DNA from: Lama glama
Taxonomy: Eukaryota
Assembly (NCBI GenBank): GCA_028534125.1
Contig: CM052817.1
Span: 49,044,001 to 49,108,000 of the forward strand
DNA: 64,000 nt
Direction of reading: 5' to 3'
Shown here piece by piece: positions 1 through 12,752 of the stretch (its first letter is position 1; each line of letters begins with the position of its first letter). A model generated the notes under the pieces. That model ran no database searches, was not told the origin of the DNA, and saw only the letters and a program-made list of their open reading frames with translations. The translations under genes and the position numbers were made by a program.

Positions 1-2039
1 TTCCTATTATTTATTTTAATTGTTTACTTTGTGGAGTAACATTATATGTAGTATGATCTATTTTTTCCAAAAAGAAAATACAGCTGTCCTATAAAATTTG
101 GTGGTATTATTAACCACACCAAATAATTTTTGTTTTCTTTATTTTGAGTGTGTTTGTTATGACAGCATTCATTCATTAATTTCATTATTAGATTGTTTAA
201 TTGAAAGTAATAATTATTCAAGAATTATAATTTTAAAATGTTGCAAAAAATCAATTATGATATTCCACCTTTTAAAGTAAATAAAAAGAAAAAATGAAAA
301 TTCTTCTCTCCAAATCTTAATTGTACTCTTAGAATTAAGTGGCATAATACACTTAAAAACTATTATATGCTAAAGAAAATATCCATACATAGAGTTTTTA
401 CAAATTATTGTTGATTGTGACTGCTTATTTACAAAGAAAGAGTCATTCATATTACATTTTAAATTTTAAAAAAGCTTTAATGATATTTACAGTCTATTCA
501 CAGTCATATGACAGGAACATTACTTTGGGTTAAAAGAAATTTCAAAGTGGTACAGGCTCTCTACAGTGGGGATAGAAAAAGATTGCAGTTTTCCATATTG
601 AAGTTCTCTTTCGGTAATAGTTCCTTGATGACTGCATCACATCAGTTTCAGCAGGTACTAGTCTTTTTTTTTTTTTCCTGTTTACTCTTATTTATTCAAG
701 GGGCTGAGGACAAACATCCTCAGCTGCACTATAATACCTTGTTTTTGTCTTTACCTAAGAGTGTATCCAGCATAACTGACTTATTTTACTCCCAACTCAA
801 AATCATACTATATGAAAATTGACTGTAATTTGTGAAAAGCTACTGTAACCTCATTTGTTTATTCATTATTTTTTTTACTTATTCACAGAGGTGTAGAAAC
901 TAGACAAGGCACTGGGAATATAAAAATTGATCAAGACAAAATTCCTAGTCTCACAATATAATGGATAATTAATATACAAAAAAGCAAATAATTTTAGTAT
1001 GTTTAATGTTAATACTTTTGATAGCCCCAAAATAGAGATTTAAACAGGGCCCCGGAGTACCTAGGAACAGATGAAACTGGAGGGAGACTGCACAAGGCTT
1101 CTTAGATAGATTTGATAATAATAAGCCTTGCCATCAAATGGGAATAATCAGACTTTTTTAAAAGTCTAATCTGTGTCATAAGACAAGCAAAGTCTTAATG
1201 AACCTGTATAACTACTGTGGGAATTCTCCTGAACTAAAAATCCAGATTTTTCTGTCTCGTATGGACAAGGATCAGTTTCCACTTTGTCTTAATGAGGTAT
1301 AGGATATAGTTACTTGGATTTGTATTTTTTAATAAATCATTCTTATCATTGTAAAATATAATTGTTCATTGTAGATTCATACAATGCCAAATCCTGCAAA
1401 ATTCGAGCCTACATATATTTGCTTTATATTGATATTTTCCATTTGCTTTTATCACTTTCACCACTAAAATAAGGCTCAAATTTGAGACACATATTTAGAC
1501 AATTTGTAGTCAGATGAGCCTTTGCCCTATGAGTTAGGAAAAAAATGAGACTACTACCTAAATGTCAATTTTCTAATGTAATAAATTCATACACAGTGTG
1601 AACATATAATTGATCATACAACATTGAACATTTATGATAACGAAGTGTCTACTCTTAACAGTTGTAACAAAACAACAGACATAAACCAGGACAATTTTAA
1701 GCACACCAACGCATAGCTATTGTAGTGACAACTGGTGTTGAAAATGCAACAGAATCCCCAAACAAATGAAAGTGGATATAGGTCAGATAAGAGAAAACTA
1801 AGTAGAGAGCTTTCTTGTTTTTCAAGTTTCAATATTGGAAAAATTCTTTCTTTGAAGTCATACTTATTAGAAAAGCTAATTAGCACAAAAATAAGAGGGA
1901 ACAATATTAGCAATAGACATTTTAAAGGTTTTTGAAAAGAAAAATACTATGAGCCAAGAGGTAAACTTTACTACACAAGGTTATGTATACTGTTGCTGCA
2001 TATTCTGGTCCAGATTCAAATCTCTTTTATGAGACAGTC

Positions 2040-2340
2040 AATAATTCGGAACATGAAGTTTCAAAGCTAGTTTGTCACAACGCTCTCGGGAACGTTTGAG
2101 TTTATGACTAGTGAGTCTTCTAGGAAAATGTCCTTAATTATGTAACAGACAGTTAACCTTCCAGACGGAAATTTACTGAGAAGCGTGAAAGATATTTTTT
2201 GTTTTTCTGTAGAAATCCACGTGCTATTTTGAATCTAAGGGGGAATTCACAATGCATTCTTAGTAACTGCTCTTAGGTATTGTACAAATGGAACCTTGGC
2301 ACCCAGGGCTACAGTGGAATTCCTTTCAGGAAACTGCTGT
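2040..2340. promoter_or_regulatory. Candidate STAT5/C-EBP enhancer (putative distal casein-locus element)
   Basis: Perfect GAS TTCTAGGAA at 2118-2126, near-GAS at 2174 and 2257, TTATGTAA at 2138, CACGTG at 2218, and 7 CpGs in 2047-2221. Confidence 0.35.
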
Positions 2341-2484
2341 ATATTATGAATATACGATGGCTCTGGAAATATAGAACCTGTGCTTAAGTTTATGTTTGTA
2401 TTTAGAACGATGTTCCTTTTTAACTCATTGGTGCTCTGTCAGTAGGTCTCTGGTGATCTTATATAAAACACATAGCCTAAGTAA

Positions 2485-2705
2485 AGCAGTATAATGTGGT
2501 TGCAAGACAAGGGTTTGGGGTCAATCGTAAGTTTAATTTCTGGCTCTCAGTGACCAGCAGTGTAATCTTGCAAAACCACTGTGTCTCAATGTTCCCATCT
2601 GTTCAATAACATCTACTTTGTGTGGGAATGAGACGAAAAAATGAGGTCACACACTTAGAAGAGTGCCTGAAACAAGAGTAAGTACTCATTTAAGATTATC
2701 CAGTA
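2485..2705 (+). mobile_element. MIR SINE
   Basis: MIR core-like: gcagtataatgtggt...tctggctct...gtctcaatgttcccatctgt...cttagaagagtgcctga...gtaagtactca. Confidence 0.7.
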
Positions 2706-2977
2706 TTAGAAATGATTTTTTAAAGCCTCAACTAATATTTTATATCCAAATTATCTTCCTACTTCATGGATTTGCTAACTTTTGAGAATTTATGAATTAT
2801 ACTTTTATATTTGTATGTGCATAGAAGAGGTATAGAAGGGTAAAGACAAAATATTTGATAGAACAACTAAAGAAAGCTTGGAAGAGGCGGTGAGAGGGGA
2901 ATAGAAAGAAGAACTTCAGTCTTTTCATGAATGAAATCTTGTACGATTTGATATTTTCACAGAACAGTTAATTAAGA

Positions 2978-3143
2978 CAGTGCTTCTCAAACTTTAATGT
3001 GCTTGTAAATCACTAGGGCACCTTTGTTAAAATTCAGATTCAGATTCTGTAGCTCTGAAGTGTGTCCTGAGATCTTGAATTTTTAACAAGTTCTCAGGTG
3101 ATGTCACTGTTGGTAATCTATGTGACACACTTTGAGTAGCCAG
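2978..3143. mobile_element. MER5-like hAT-Charlie MITE
   Basis: cagtgcttctcaaactttaatgtgc...ttaacaagttctcaggtgatg...cacactttgagtagc. Confidence 0.8.
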
Positions 3144-6100
3144 GAAACTGGGAAATTTGAAAATGTATAGTCTTCTCTTTTAAACTTACACAATAATGAA
3201 AGATTTATATAAAATATCATTGAAAGATACTTAAAATCACATAAAAATTGTAAAAATATGTAACATATGTAGGAAAAACAAAGACACTAAAAATGCTGAA
3301 TTGTGTTTCCATGAAAGTGTTCACCTTTACAAAAATGTCTAAAGTAAAGCATTTCCTTACCCAAGCCCAGATTCTTTTTGTAGGTAGAAGGTCCCAGTGG
3401 TAACAGTTTGTCTGTCTACGTGGTACCAATATCACTACCCTTCTCTTACCTCCAACCAAATATTCCGTCATCTTGCCATTAATTAAGCTTTTATCTACTC
3501 AAGACATCCGGGAAAACTGGGCTAAAATTCAACTTCGTTAACTAAATCCTACCTAATGAGTTATTCTGAAAGACTGTGTGATTTGGTGGGTAAAGAGATT
3601 TTTGCCTATCAGAAATATCTCTTCTTCTGACTGACAAAATGTAGTTTTCATAATTCTTAACTTTCCTGAGTCCAATCATTGAATGTTCATGTTTAAAAAT
3701 GTTACTATGAGGATAGATGTATTTAACAGGCATCGTTAGATATCAAATTTACCTATCAAATTTGATAGGTTAATAAGCCATTCATCAGCAGAATAGAAGT
3801 TATTCATTTATATGTTTATATGTTTCTTTACAATGTCTAAAGTTTTCTTAAAATTATTATTCCATTTACTCCTTACAAGGACGATGTAATATAGAGAAAG
3901 CAGGCACTATTTTCTCTTTTTTGATAAGGGAATCTAACCTTTTATAAGTAAATTAATTTCCATACAATGTCATGCGCCAGCTAACAAGTAAGTGGTGACT
4001 CAGACCTTCCAATATCAGAGCCTCTGCTCTTTCTAATCTACCATGCTGCTCACTCGTTTACTCAACCAGAACACTTTAATGTATGCAAGGTATTGCATCT
4101 TTAGATAGTTGAGGGAGGAAGAAAAATCCTAGCAAGAGGAGAATGCTTAACATGCATATAAAATGACCTGATTTAAGCCATCAGGGTGGTATGAGAGTAA
4201 GAGGAATCAGCAGATTAAAAACTGTCACAGCACTGGTAAAAACAACCTTCACAATATTTCTGCAGACTTCCAGATATGCACTCTCCTAAATCCAAGTAAT
4301 GTTGAATACTGCTAGATAATTCCAATGACAATCTTCTGATTCTTTTTCCTGGCAGTAACTGTAACAATATCTGATAACAATATTTCTTTATTGATTAACT
4401 AATCTTTTCATAGCTAGTAAGAATGTTTGCCACTCTTATGGAAGTACTGAAGTTACTTAAAGTAAATAATTTAGAGCAGAGAGGGGAATTTTAGATTTGA
4501 AAAACTTTAAAGATAAAGAAGTTTTTAATGACTAAACTAGTGAAGTGCGCTGAAGGTCTTTTGAGTAAAAGAGGTCAGGAATTTGGGCCCTTTGTGTGGA
4601 CACTGATATGGTCCAGGATCATGGCATGTTTGAAGATGGAATGGAGAACATACTTCTGAACCAAGATCCATTAGGGACCCTGATGGGCAGTAAATGGCAA
4701 CAGCGAGATGAGGGAAAGGGCCAAATTCTAGAATAACAGACAATTCAAGGTAAGGAAGCCCCTTTAGTAAAGTTAATCCAAAAAGTTAACAGGCAGTGGA
4801 AGTAGAATGACAATTCCTTCCTATCCTCCTGCCCTCCAGGTGCAGGTGACAACAGAGAGGGGATTCCTTCCCCTTTGTTGCAGGGTTATAAAGTGAGATA
4901 GCTTTATCTGGGAGATTCAGTTTCACATGTCTGTCTTTCTTGAAAATGGAGATGAAAGAGGTTACTAGCAATATAATTAAATTTGTTTAGGCACGGAGAG
5001 AAGGACTATGAAGAGCTGTGGCGATAGCAGTGTGGTAAAGGAGAAGAGGACACAGCAGGCTGGAGACTTTTGGAACTTGGTTGATGATTAAAAGTTATGG
5101 TGGTGAAGGATGTAGTATAGCAGAAAGGCTTTCACTGAGGCATATGAAAAGTCCTATGAAATTTAACACATGGAAGTAATTTCAAGGTTTAATTTCTAAA
5201 TGGTTGATATAATATAAGTAAAGTACACTAGAAGTCCAGAAGACAGACAACATATGAAGGAATGATGTGGCCAGAAATTTGAAATAACTGTTAATATTTG
5301 GGTAAGATTTGGAAAGTTGAGAAGTGAAGGAGAGGTTTACAGACGAGGGAAGTGCTGATGGCTAGTGTCTGGAGTATTTAGAACTCTAAAATAATTCTGT
5401 TGGGAAAGCAAACCTGTAAATTAACAAATTTTATATGTTGAAAGGTACGATAATACTGAGGAACACAAGAACATTGAAGGAACATGAAAGGAAGGGTTAT
5501 TCTCAACGTGAAAAGATTAAGAAAGGAGCCTTGAAAGATGAGTAAAGGTGTATGAACGGAGGTGTGGAGACAGGGGAGGGAATTACATGTGGCGAAGGAA
5601 AGGTGCCTTAATGGCCTTGGTTCGGAGTGTGCCATAATGGTAATGAGGGAAGTGGTGAGTGACGCAGTTGAAAAGGAAGGCAGCAAGCAGGACACAGAAA
5701 GCCATGCAGTACAAGGAGGAATTTGAAATTGATATTGAGAATTGGAAATTCCCCTGCGGAGGAAGGCAGACACCTGAAAGGCTGGCACTCTCTCCTGGTC
5801 CTTGAGGTGGACTTTGGTGCTCTTTACATCCGCCCCGGCCCCTCCCACCACAGTTCTTCCTGGATGTGGTAACTTCCTCTTGTTGTTTCAAATCAGGATG
5901 GTCACAGATTGTTTCAGCCCAGGTACCTCCAGGACCTTCCTCTTCCTCTGCCTGGAAACTCTGAGAAGGATGTTGGAACCAGGTGCCTCCCACTCTAACA
6001 ATTCACATAGTATATTCCTGGCCTCCAGTTGCTCTTGTTTCTAAGGAGTCCCCTGAGGACACAAGGAAGGGCATTCTCTACAATGCACTGATTATCGTCA

Positions 6101-6144
6101 TGCCAACACTCAGCTACAGTCATACTCTTCCAATAGTACAGGCT

Positions 6145-6390
6145 GGCATTTACTGAGCACTTTGAACAAGCCCATCACTCAGGCATTGGGTTAACACTTT
6201 TTAAGGATTTTCTCATTTTTAGGATTTTTCTTATGACAACCCAAGGATGTAAATACTATTGTTTTTTCTATATTAGAGATGAAGAAACTAAGGCTTACAA
6301 AACAACTTTTCCAGGTTAATTCATAAATGGCTAAGCTGGAATTTGAACCAGTCCATTTTATTCCAGAGCTCCCAGTCTTAAGCATTGTGT
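6145..6390 (-). mobile_element. MIR SINE
   Basis: catttactgagcactt...gatgaagaaactaaggctt...ggaatttgaaccagtc...ttccagagc. Confidence 0.7.
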
Positions 6391-6629
6391 TTTATTTTTT
6401 TAAATGTACCCAAAAGACTCTCTGTGCCCTGATAAGAATCCAACAAATGGCTTTATCATGTTTCTGTGTTTTATTATTTAAACGTATAATCAAGTAGATT
6501 ACTGAAACATTAAAGTCAGTTTTATAAGTTTCTGACATTTAACTTGTAAAGTGAGGTATAGGGTTTAAGTCACAAGCTTTTACTTATTGTAGAATAAAGA
6601 TTTGAATTTAGTGACTATTTAAATATTTA

Positions 6630-6735
6630 TAGGACATATTATACAACATGGGTAATATAGCCAATATATTTTAATAATTGTAACTGGAAAGTAACTTTTA
6701 AAAATTGTATAATTTTTTTTAATTAAAAAAAAAAG
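6630..6735 (+). mobile_element. Short L1 3' tail fragment
   Basis: tatacaacatgggtaatatagccaatatatttt...followed by an A-rich tail. Confidence 0.6.
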
Positions 6736-9072
6736 AAATCCATGCACCATCAGGTTCAAAAAGACAGTAGGGCAGGTTTGCATAAACTTTACATAAATCA
6801 AAAAAAAATCAGTAAGAGAAAAAAAAACGCAGTTCATTAACTCTTGACCCAAAGATAGGCAGTCATTGGTAAAAATTTGGAGTATATTTTCTAGCTCTAC
6901 ATATGAGTCTTTGTATAAAATACATTACATTGATTTCATAAACTACTTTTTTATCACTTTTTCCAGTGTCATTTTTATAGTAATATTTAACACATTTTAA
7001 GCAATTGATCCTGTTTCTTAAAGCTCAAAATGTAAAATAAGTAAATGTGTATTTTTTTGGTTGTATTTTCCCTCTGATGGAATATAGTCTTTTTCATTTC
7101 CTGGGACTCTTTTCAGGTTTTATGGACAATATAATCTTATATGATGGTTTCACAATACTCCATCTTATAAATATCTTAAATTTATTTAATCATCTTTAAA
7201 AGGACTTTTTTATTTTCAGAGTTTGGTTTTTACTTTCTGCCCTTATGCATATGGCTATACTATGCACACATGTACATGTATTTTACTGCATACCCTCTAG
7301 CAATGTCTTTTGCAGACATTTATAGAAGAGGAATTGGAAATTTATGAATCAAAGAGTATAAACATTTCAAGCTTTAATTCGTATTTCCAAATACTCTTCA
7401 GATAGGGTATTTTCAGTTTATAAAGACAGAATTAATATTTGAAAGTACCTGTTTGGCCATGAGTTTTACATCACATATTTTTCACCTGATTTGGGGTCTT
7501 ATGTCTTTGTTAATTTCATAATTTGATGGGCAAATAATTGTGTATTTTTAATATGGAGTTGCATTTTACTTATAAGCAGGGTTGGGCATTTTCCACGTGC
7601 ACATTGGCAATGTCTACCATTTAGAATTATTTCATGTTGTTTTGTCTTTCTGTTGGGAAATGCTTTTATATTTTTGTGATTTTTATTTGATCATAAATAT
7701 ATTTATCTTTTGTCAGTCATTAATTTTGTAAACATGTTTCACAAATGCCATTTGTCTTTTAATGTTATGAAGTGTTTGATGTTGGGAAGGTTTCAACTGC
7801 TAGATAATCGAATAAATCAAATTTTCATCATATGGTGTTTCTTTTTTTCTGTATGTATTGTCTCTGAAATTAAAAATATATATTTATTATAATTTTATAT
7901 TGTTTTACTCACTGTGCTAATATAATAAATGTAGTTTTCTGTGATGGGTTAAAAATTCATATTCCTACAGTAAAATTATTTTTTTCAATATCCAAGAGAG
8001 AAAAACCATAAACATTCAAACATACAGAGGTAGTGTCTTTTAGCCTCACATCCAGTCCTGATCCTGACTTTCCTGGTTTTAAATTTCAGATTATTACATC
8101 TATTTCTATTCTCTGGTTTCATTCTTTGCATTTAATTCTGAGCTACTCATTTTTAAGAAAACACAGGAAGTCAAAGTAGTCAGGCTTATCTTTGCTTAAG
8201 GTAACATTGAAGACAGAGGTCAAGGGCATTTCATTGGCCCTAAAGCTATTGTATAATCTTTGATAATATTAAGATAGGTCACTCAAGATAAGGAAGCATC
8301 TATCACTTAGAAAACAGTGGCTCTTCTGTGGCATATCAAATATGGTTCTTAAAAATGCTCTTGTCACAATCAGGTAGGTTGGATGGTTTACCAGAGTCCT
8401 TCAAAACAACAAAATATTTAAAGGCTGAACACTATCTGCTCTATGATATCTAATTAGAATACTGCTTTCCTTTTTTTAAACTCAGAAAGGAACAGCCACC
8501 AAATTTCTGTGTTACAGAATTCAAATTCAATGAACACGAATAATTTTGGGCAAATTTTGATCTAAATTATTCATTTACAACTCATATATGACTGTTTTAA
8601 ATTGTGCTGTATATATGATTTAAGATTATTAAACATTAATTTCTTTTAAATAGAATGGTTTCATTGTAAAGGCTTGTTTTACTGTCATGTTTGCATTTTA
8701 GTGAGGGGGATATAATCTTTACCTATACTACAACTGTAAGGACAATGATTTTTTCCATGCTTCCATTTCTCTTCTCTTAAAACAAAAAAAAAAAAACAAA
8801 AGTCATCACTGTTCCTTTATATCATCTTTTCTCTCTTTGACCCTTATTTTATTGCAGAAGAAGGGTTGGGAGGCTGTGCTAGGCATCTCACAAACAACTT
8901 TCTCTATAAATCTCTTACCAATTAGTGTTAAAATCCATAATTCATTTCGGCAGAGAAGACATAAAGTTACAATAAGGACTAATTTAAAAATGAAGAAAAA
9001 TTAGAAATGTTTGGTGTAGAATCTATCTTCCCAGAAGCCTTTGAATTTCCACTCTGAGCCTTCACTGAATAT

Positions 9073-9569
9073 TGAGAGACAGTCCCACATGGGTCTCTGG
9101 CTTTTCTTCCTGTCTTGCAAGTAGAGACACTGGCTGCCTTTGTTTTGGACCATCTTTACAAGAATTTTTTTTTTAAGTAAACATCCTAGGAAGACAGAGA
9201 TAATGTCTCCCTTCAGAATAAAGGGCAGGCTTGTTTCCTGTCCAGTTGTAATAAAGATAATGTTTCACCACAGTGTAAAAATCAGGTAAGCTTACCGCTC
9301 ATAATAAAAATTTGAGTTTCCTAAATTTAGAGTTCTTCCCCATTATGCAGCCTACTGAGTATGCAGATTATCACCCAGTCCTCTCCACACAGCACTGTAA
9401 AAACTGAGCAAACTGGTACAGATTCTGATACTCTCCTGTGGTTAATGTGTGCAATAAAGTCTTGTGTTCAGGAGTCTTGGGTCTTCGGCCAGTATTCTTA
9501 AAACTGTGGCAGGCTATCTTGCTACCTTACAAGTAGGATAAAATCACAGACCCTTCAAAGTTTCTGAAA
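9073..9569 (+). mobile_element. Solo LTR, ERV1-like (old eutherian family)
   Basis: gagataatgtctccc...gggcaggcttg; AATAAA at ~9453; terminus gtaggataaaatcacagacccttcaaagtttctgaaa. Confidence 0.65.
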
Positions 9570-12394
9570 CTGAAGTTTGGAGACATTTTAGAGTACCTCA
9601 GCATCCATTCAACAGAAATATTTTAATCAAGCCACATTTGTGGATTTTGCTCTGGGCTGTTGATTTTGGGGGAAAAAAAGAAGTAAAGAGGGAGACGAAT
9701 AATACCAAGGAAATCATCAGAAATGAGGTCAAGTTTTGCTCTGATGAGCGATTCTGTAATAAATGATTCTGGGGGGAAAAAAATAAGAAGAAAGCAATGA
9801 GAAAGAAAGCAAAATACAAGAATGAAGACACCACGTGAATAGAATACTAAACCTTTAACTAATATAAATTTACACTGGAGAATAATAATTAGTATAGAAA
9901 TAATATTCTTTAGTGTTTTGGACTATTATTGCTTTTACAGCACAAAATTAATAACTTGAGTAAAAAGGGTTTCAAAATAAGTATGACTGAAGGAACTGTC
10001 AGTCTCTTGACATCTAGAAACCAATATGGTAAATAAGACAGTTCAATAAGTTTTTAAATATGAGAGCACTTTATACTACTCAAAAAAGTTTTCAAAACTT
10101 TTCAACAAGTCGTGAATCAAAACTTTCAGTTTTATTCATAATTATACCATATTTGAGTTGGTTAGAAGTTGAGTTTTTGGGGAACACATGTCCTTTAGGC
10201 TTGCTTATTTTGTACAACAATATTCACAGAAATAAGAAAGGAAGATTTCTAAAATGAAGGATAGAAAGAAGCAATGAAGGAAAAGAGGGAGATAAATACA
10301 CAAAGTGGAATAAAAAGAAAAAATATAATGAGCTATGAACTTACATTTGTGAAAAGGCACTCCTCCATTGTTTAATAGTCCGTAATTGTGGCGTTTTCTC
10401 TTCTTCCACCTTCAGATTTGGCTACCTTACAGTCCTTGTTTTTTCCATCACTTTCAGTTACTTTGTTTAACTTTGTGACTTCATTCTTTTTCATTCAATA
10501 TTCTAAATGAAGGGGCCCATAAATATAGAAATTTGGGGATTATTACTGAAGATATGTAAGACTTTCACATTTATTAAACTAACAGAAGACATATAATAAA
10601 GAAGCCCCATGTAGCTGCGTTTAGGTTGTATAATAATGGATTTTACCAAAAATCACTTCACCTGTTTTAAATACTGAATTTTGGTAATGGTACAGGGTCT
10701 TGCGTAATTATATCTATCAAAATATACATTGATTTTCTGTACTCAGTAAACTTTGTTTTCACTTTTCAAACTCAATTACTTAGAAGATTTTAGAATTATG
10801 CCAATGAGAGACATAAGACACCTAGAATTTGGTGGACAAGAGGAGATTTTGAAAGGTTAGCAGCAGAAGAAAGTGACTGGATTGTGTGGATTTTTAAGGG
10901 GTGTGATGCTACGGGAGGTCCTAGGTAACAACGTTATTCAGTTCTTGGTGGGATTGGTGAAGTAATAACACCTATGTGGTCAGAGAAAGACTGGGTAAGT
11001 GCCTAATCTGAAATTTCACCATTTTGCTTAATTCCAAGCCTATAGCCATCATTTCTCCCTTTGCATCTAAATTTCTCTATTTTTGTTCTAGAACTAAGGA
11101 GTAAGGGGCTTTTCAAGCATCAGATGTTTTTGGTTCTTGTTTATAAACCCCTGAAACCAGCTCTGGCTATCTTAAGCAAAAGGTTACTGGAAAGGAGGAT
11201 TCAGAATTAAAGAAGAATTTAAAAGGCAGCTCTGAATGGTAGATAGCAGAAGAACGAGGGCAGCTCGTTGGAGTAGTCTGAACCGTACACAGTGGCTGGG
11301 CCAAAATAGCTAACTTTGAGTTTACTCAGTAAAGATTCACAATCCCAGGAAAGAGGGTCTGATTGTCCAGCTTGGATCATGTTGGCTTATAGTCAGAGCA
11401 TGTAGAACTAGGATCTGGTTTGCTGAGCTTCCATGTTGGAAAATCAGGTCTGTGCACATGCCCTCACCCGAAGACTACACACAACAGAGGAAAGAAATAG
11501 CTCCAAAAGGAATTCAGAGAACTACATAAAAGCAGAAATTCGAAGATTTGCACAATGTTAATCCTACTCAAACGTGGATGGAAATTTTCTTAATTAACTG
11601 TTCTAACAAATGAAATAATCAGTAGCTCCATAATCTGTCAGTCATTAATATTTAATGCATTGTAGCAAGTCAGGATGTACAGGCTATGGCTAGAATTATA
11701 TTTAAAGGTAAAAGGGGTAACCAGCACATAAGAGAGTTTTGATGTAGCTAGTATACATCTACATATTATTTATAATCTGGTAATCATAGCACATTTTTCA
11801 TTTACTTGTTTATTTTCTTGCTTTTCCATTAGAATGTGAACAAAATCTTTTTTGTCTTAACCTTAGTGCCTAGCACCATGCTTAGGGATGTATGTGTCTG
11901 ATACAGAAGTCAATATAGCTCCCTAAATAGATAGGACCTGAGTAACAAGTTCTCTGAATTTTATTTTCTGAGTTTTACAATAATACTGTACATATAGCTA
12001 ATTAACTTGAAACTCCAAGTGCCCTTTAATCGTACCTGTTTTTATAACTTTCTGGCTTTTGTTCACATAAGAAACATTGGCCAGGAAGAGTCTGATTTGA
12101 AAAGAAAAAAAGAAAACTGTGGCTTCTTCTCAAATCTATGAAAATAAATCGCTTAAACAGTGTTTATATACCACATTCACCATGGAAGGCCATGGAAAGT
12201 ATTTTTATCCTTATAACTGTGAAAGTAGTTAGTGTTAAGATAGGGTTTTCTCCAGACTCCAAGAAGGTTGATTCAGAAACTACAACCTTTGGAGACTTGA
12301 AATTTTTGACACAAGAAGGGCCTTTTTTATTGGCAGTGAGGGTTATCCTACTTCAAAGATCCTGCATATAATAAATTATAAAAATTGAGTGACA

Positions 12395-12752
12395 ATCAGT
12401 AGTTTTCCAACAGTTTTGAGACTGTTACATATATTTTTCCTTGTAGTACTCAATTAATAAATCTGAATCTGCATTTTGCAAAACTAAATACTACTTTGCA
12501 AAATATTACCCAGTAAAGGGAAAAAAAAAATCCATGGTCAAATACATTTGGTAAGCGTTGGTTAAAGATCCTCAAAGCCTTTTTTTTTTTTTAAACTCTG
12601 GGAGTTTTGAGAGCCTTTAATTCACTAATATATTTTATAAATTTCCAAGAGAAAGATTATAGAATGTAATATTGCAAATTCATTTTTGGTTAGGAACTCT
12701 TTCTTTTTAGACCTATCAATTATGTCTCCTTCAAAACGTTGGGAAATACTAG
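12395..12752. mobile_element. Degenerate hAT-Charlie-type MITE
   Basis: Ends cagtagttttccaac ... gttgggaaatacta are imperfect inverted repeats. Confidence 0.5.

Noticed and set aside
5378..6044. Three overlapping longer ORFs in a GC-richer patch
   Set aside because: Composition fits degenerate L2-like purine/pyrimidine tracts and the peptides resemble nothing I know.
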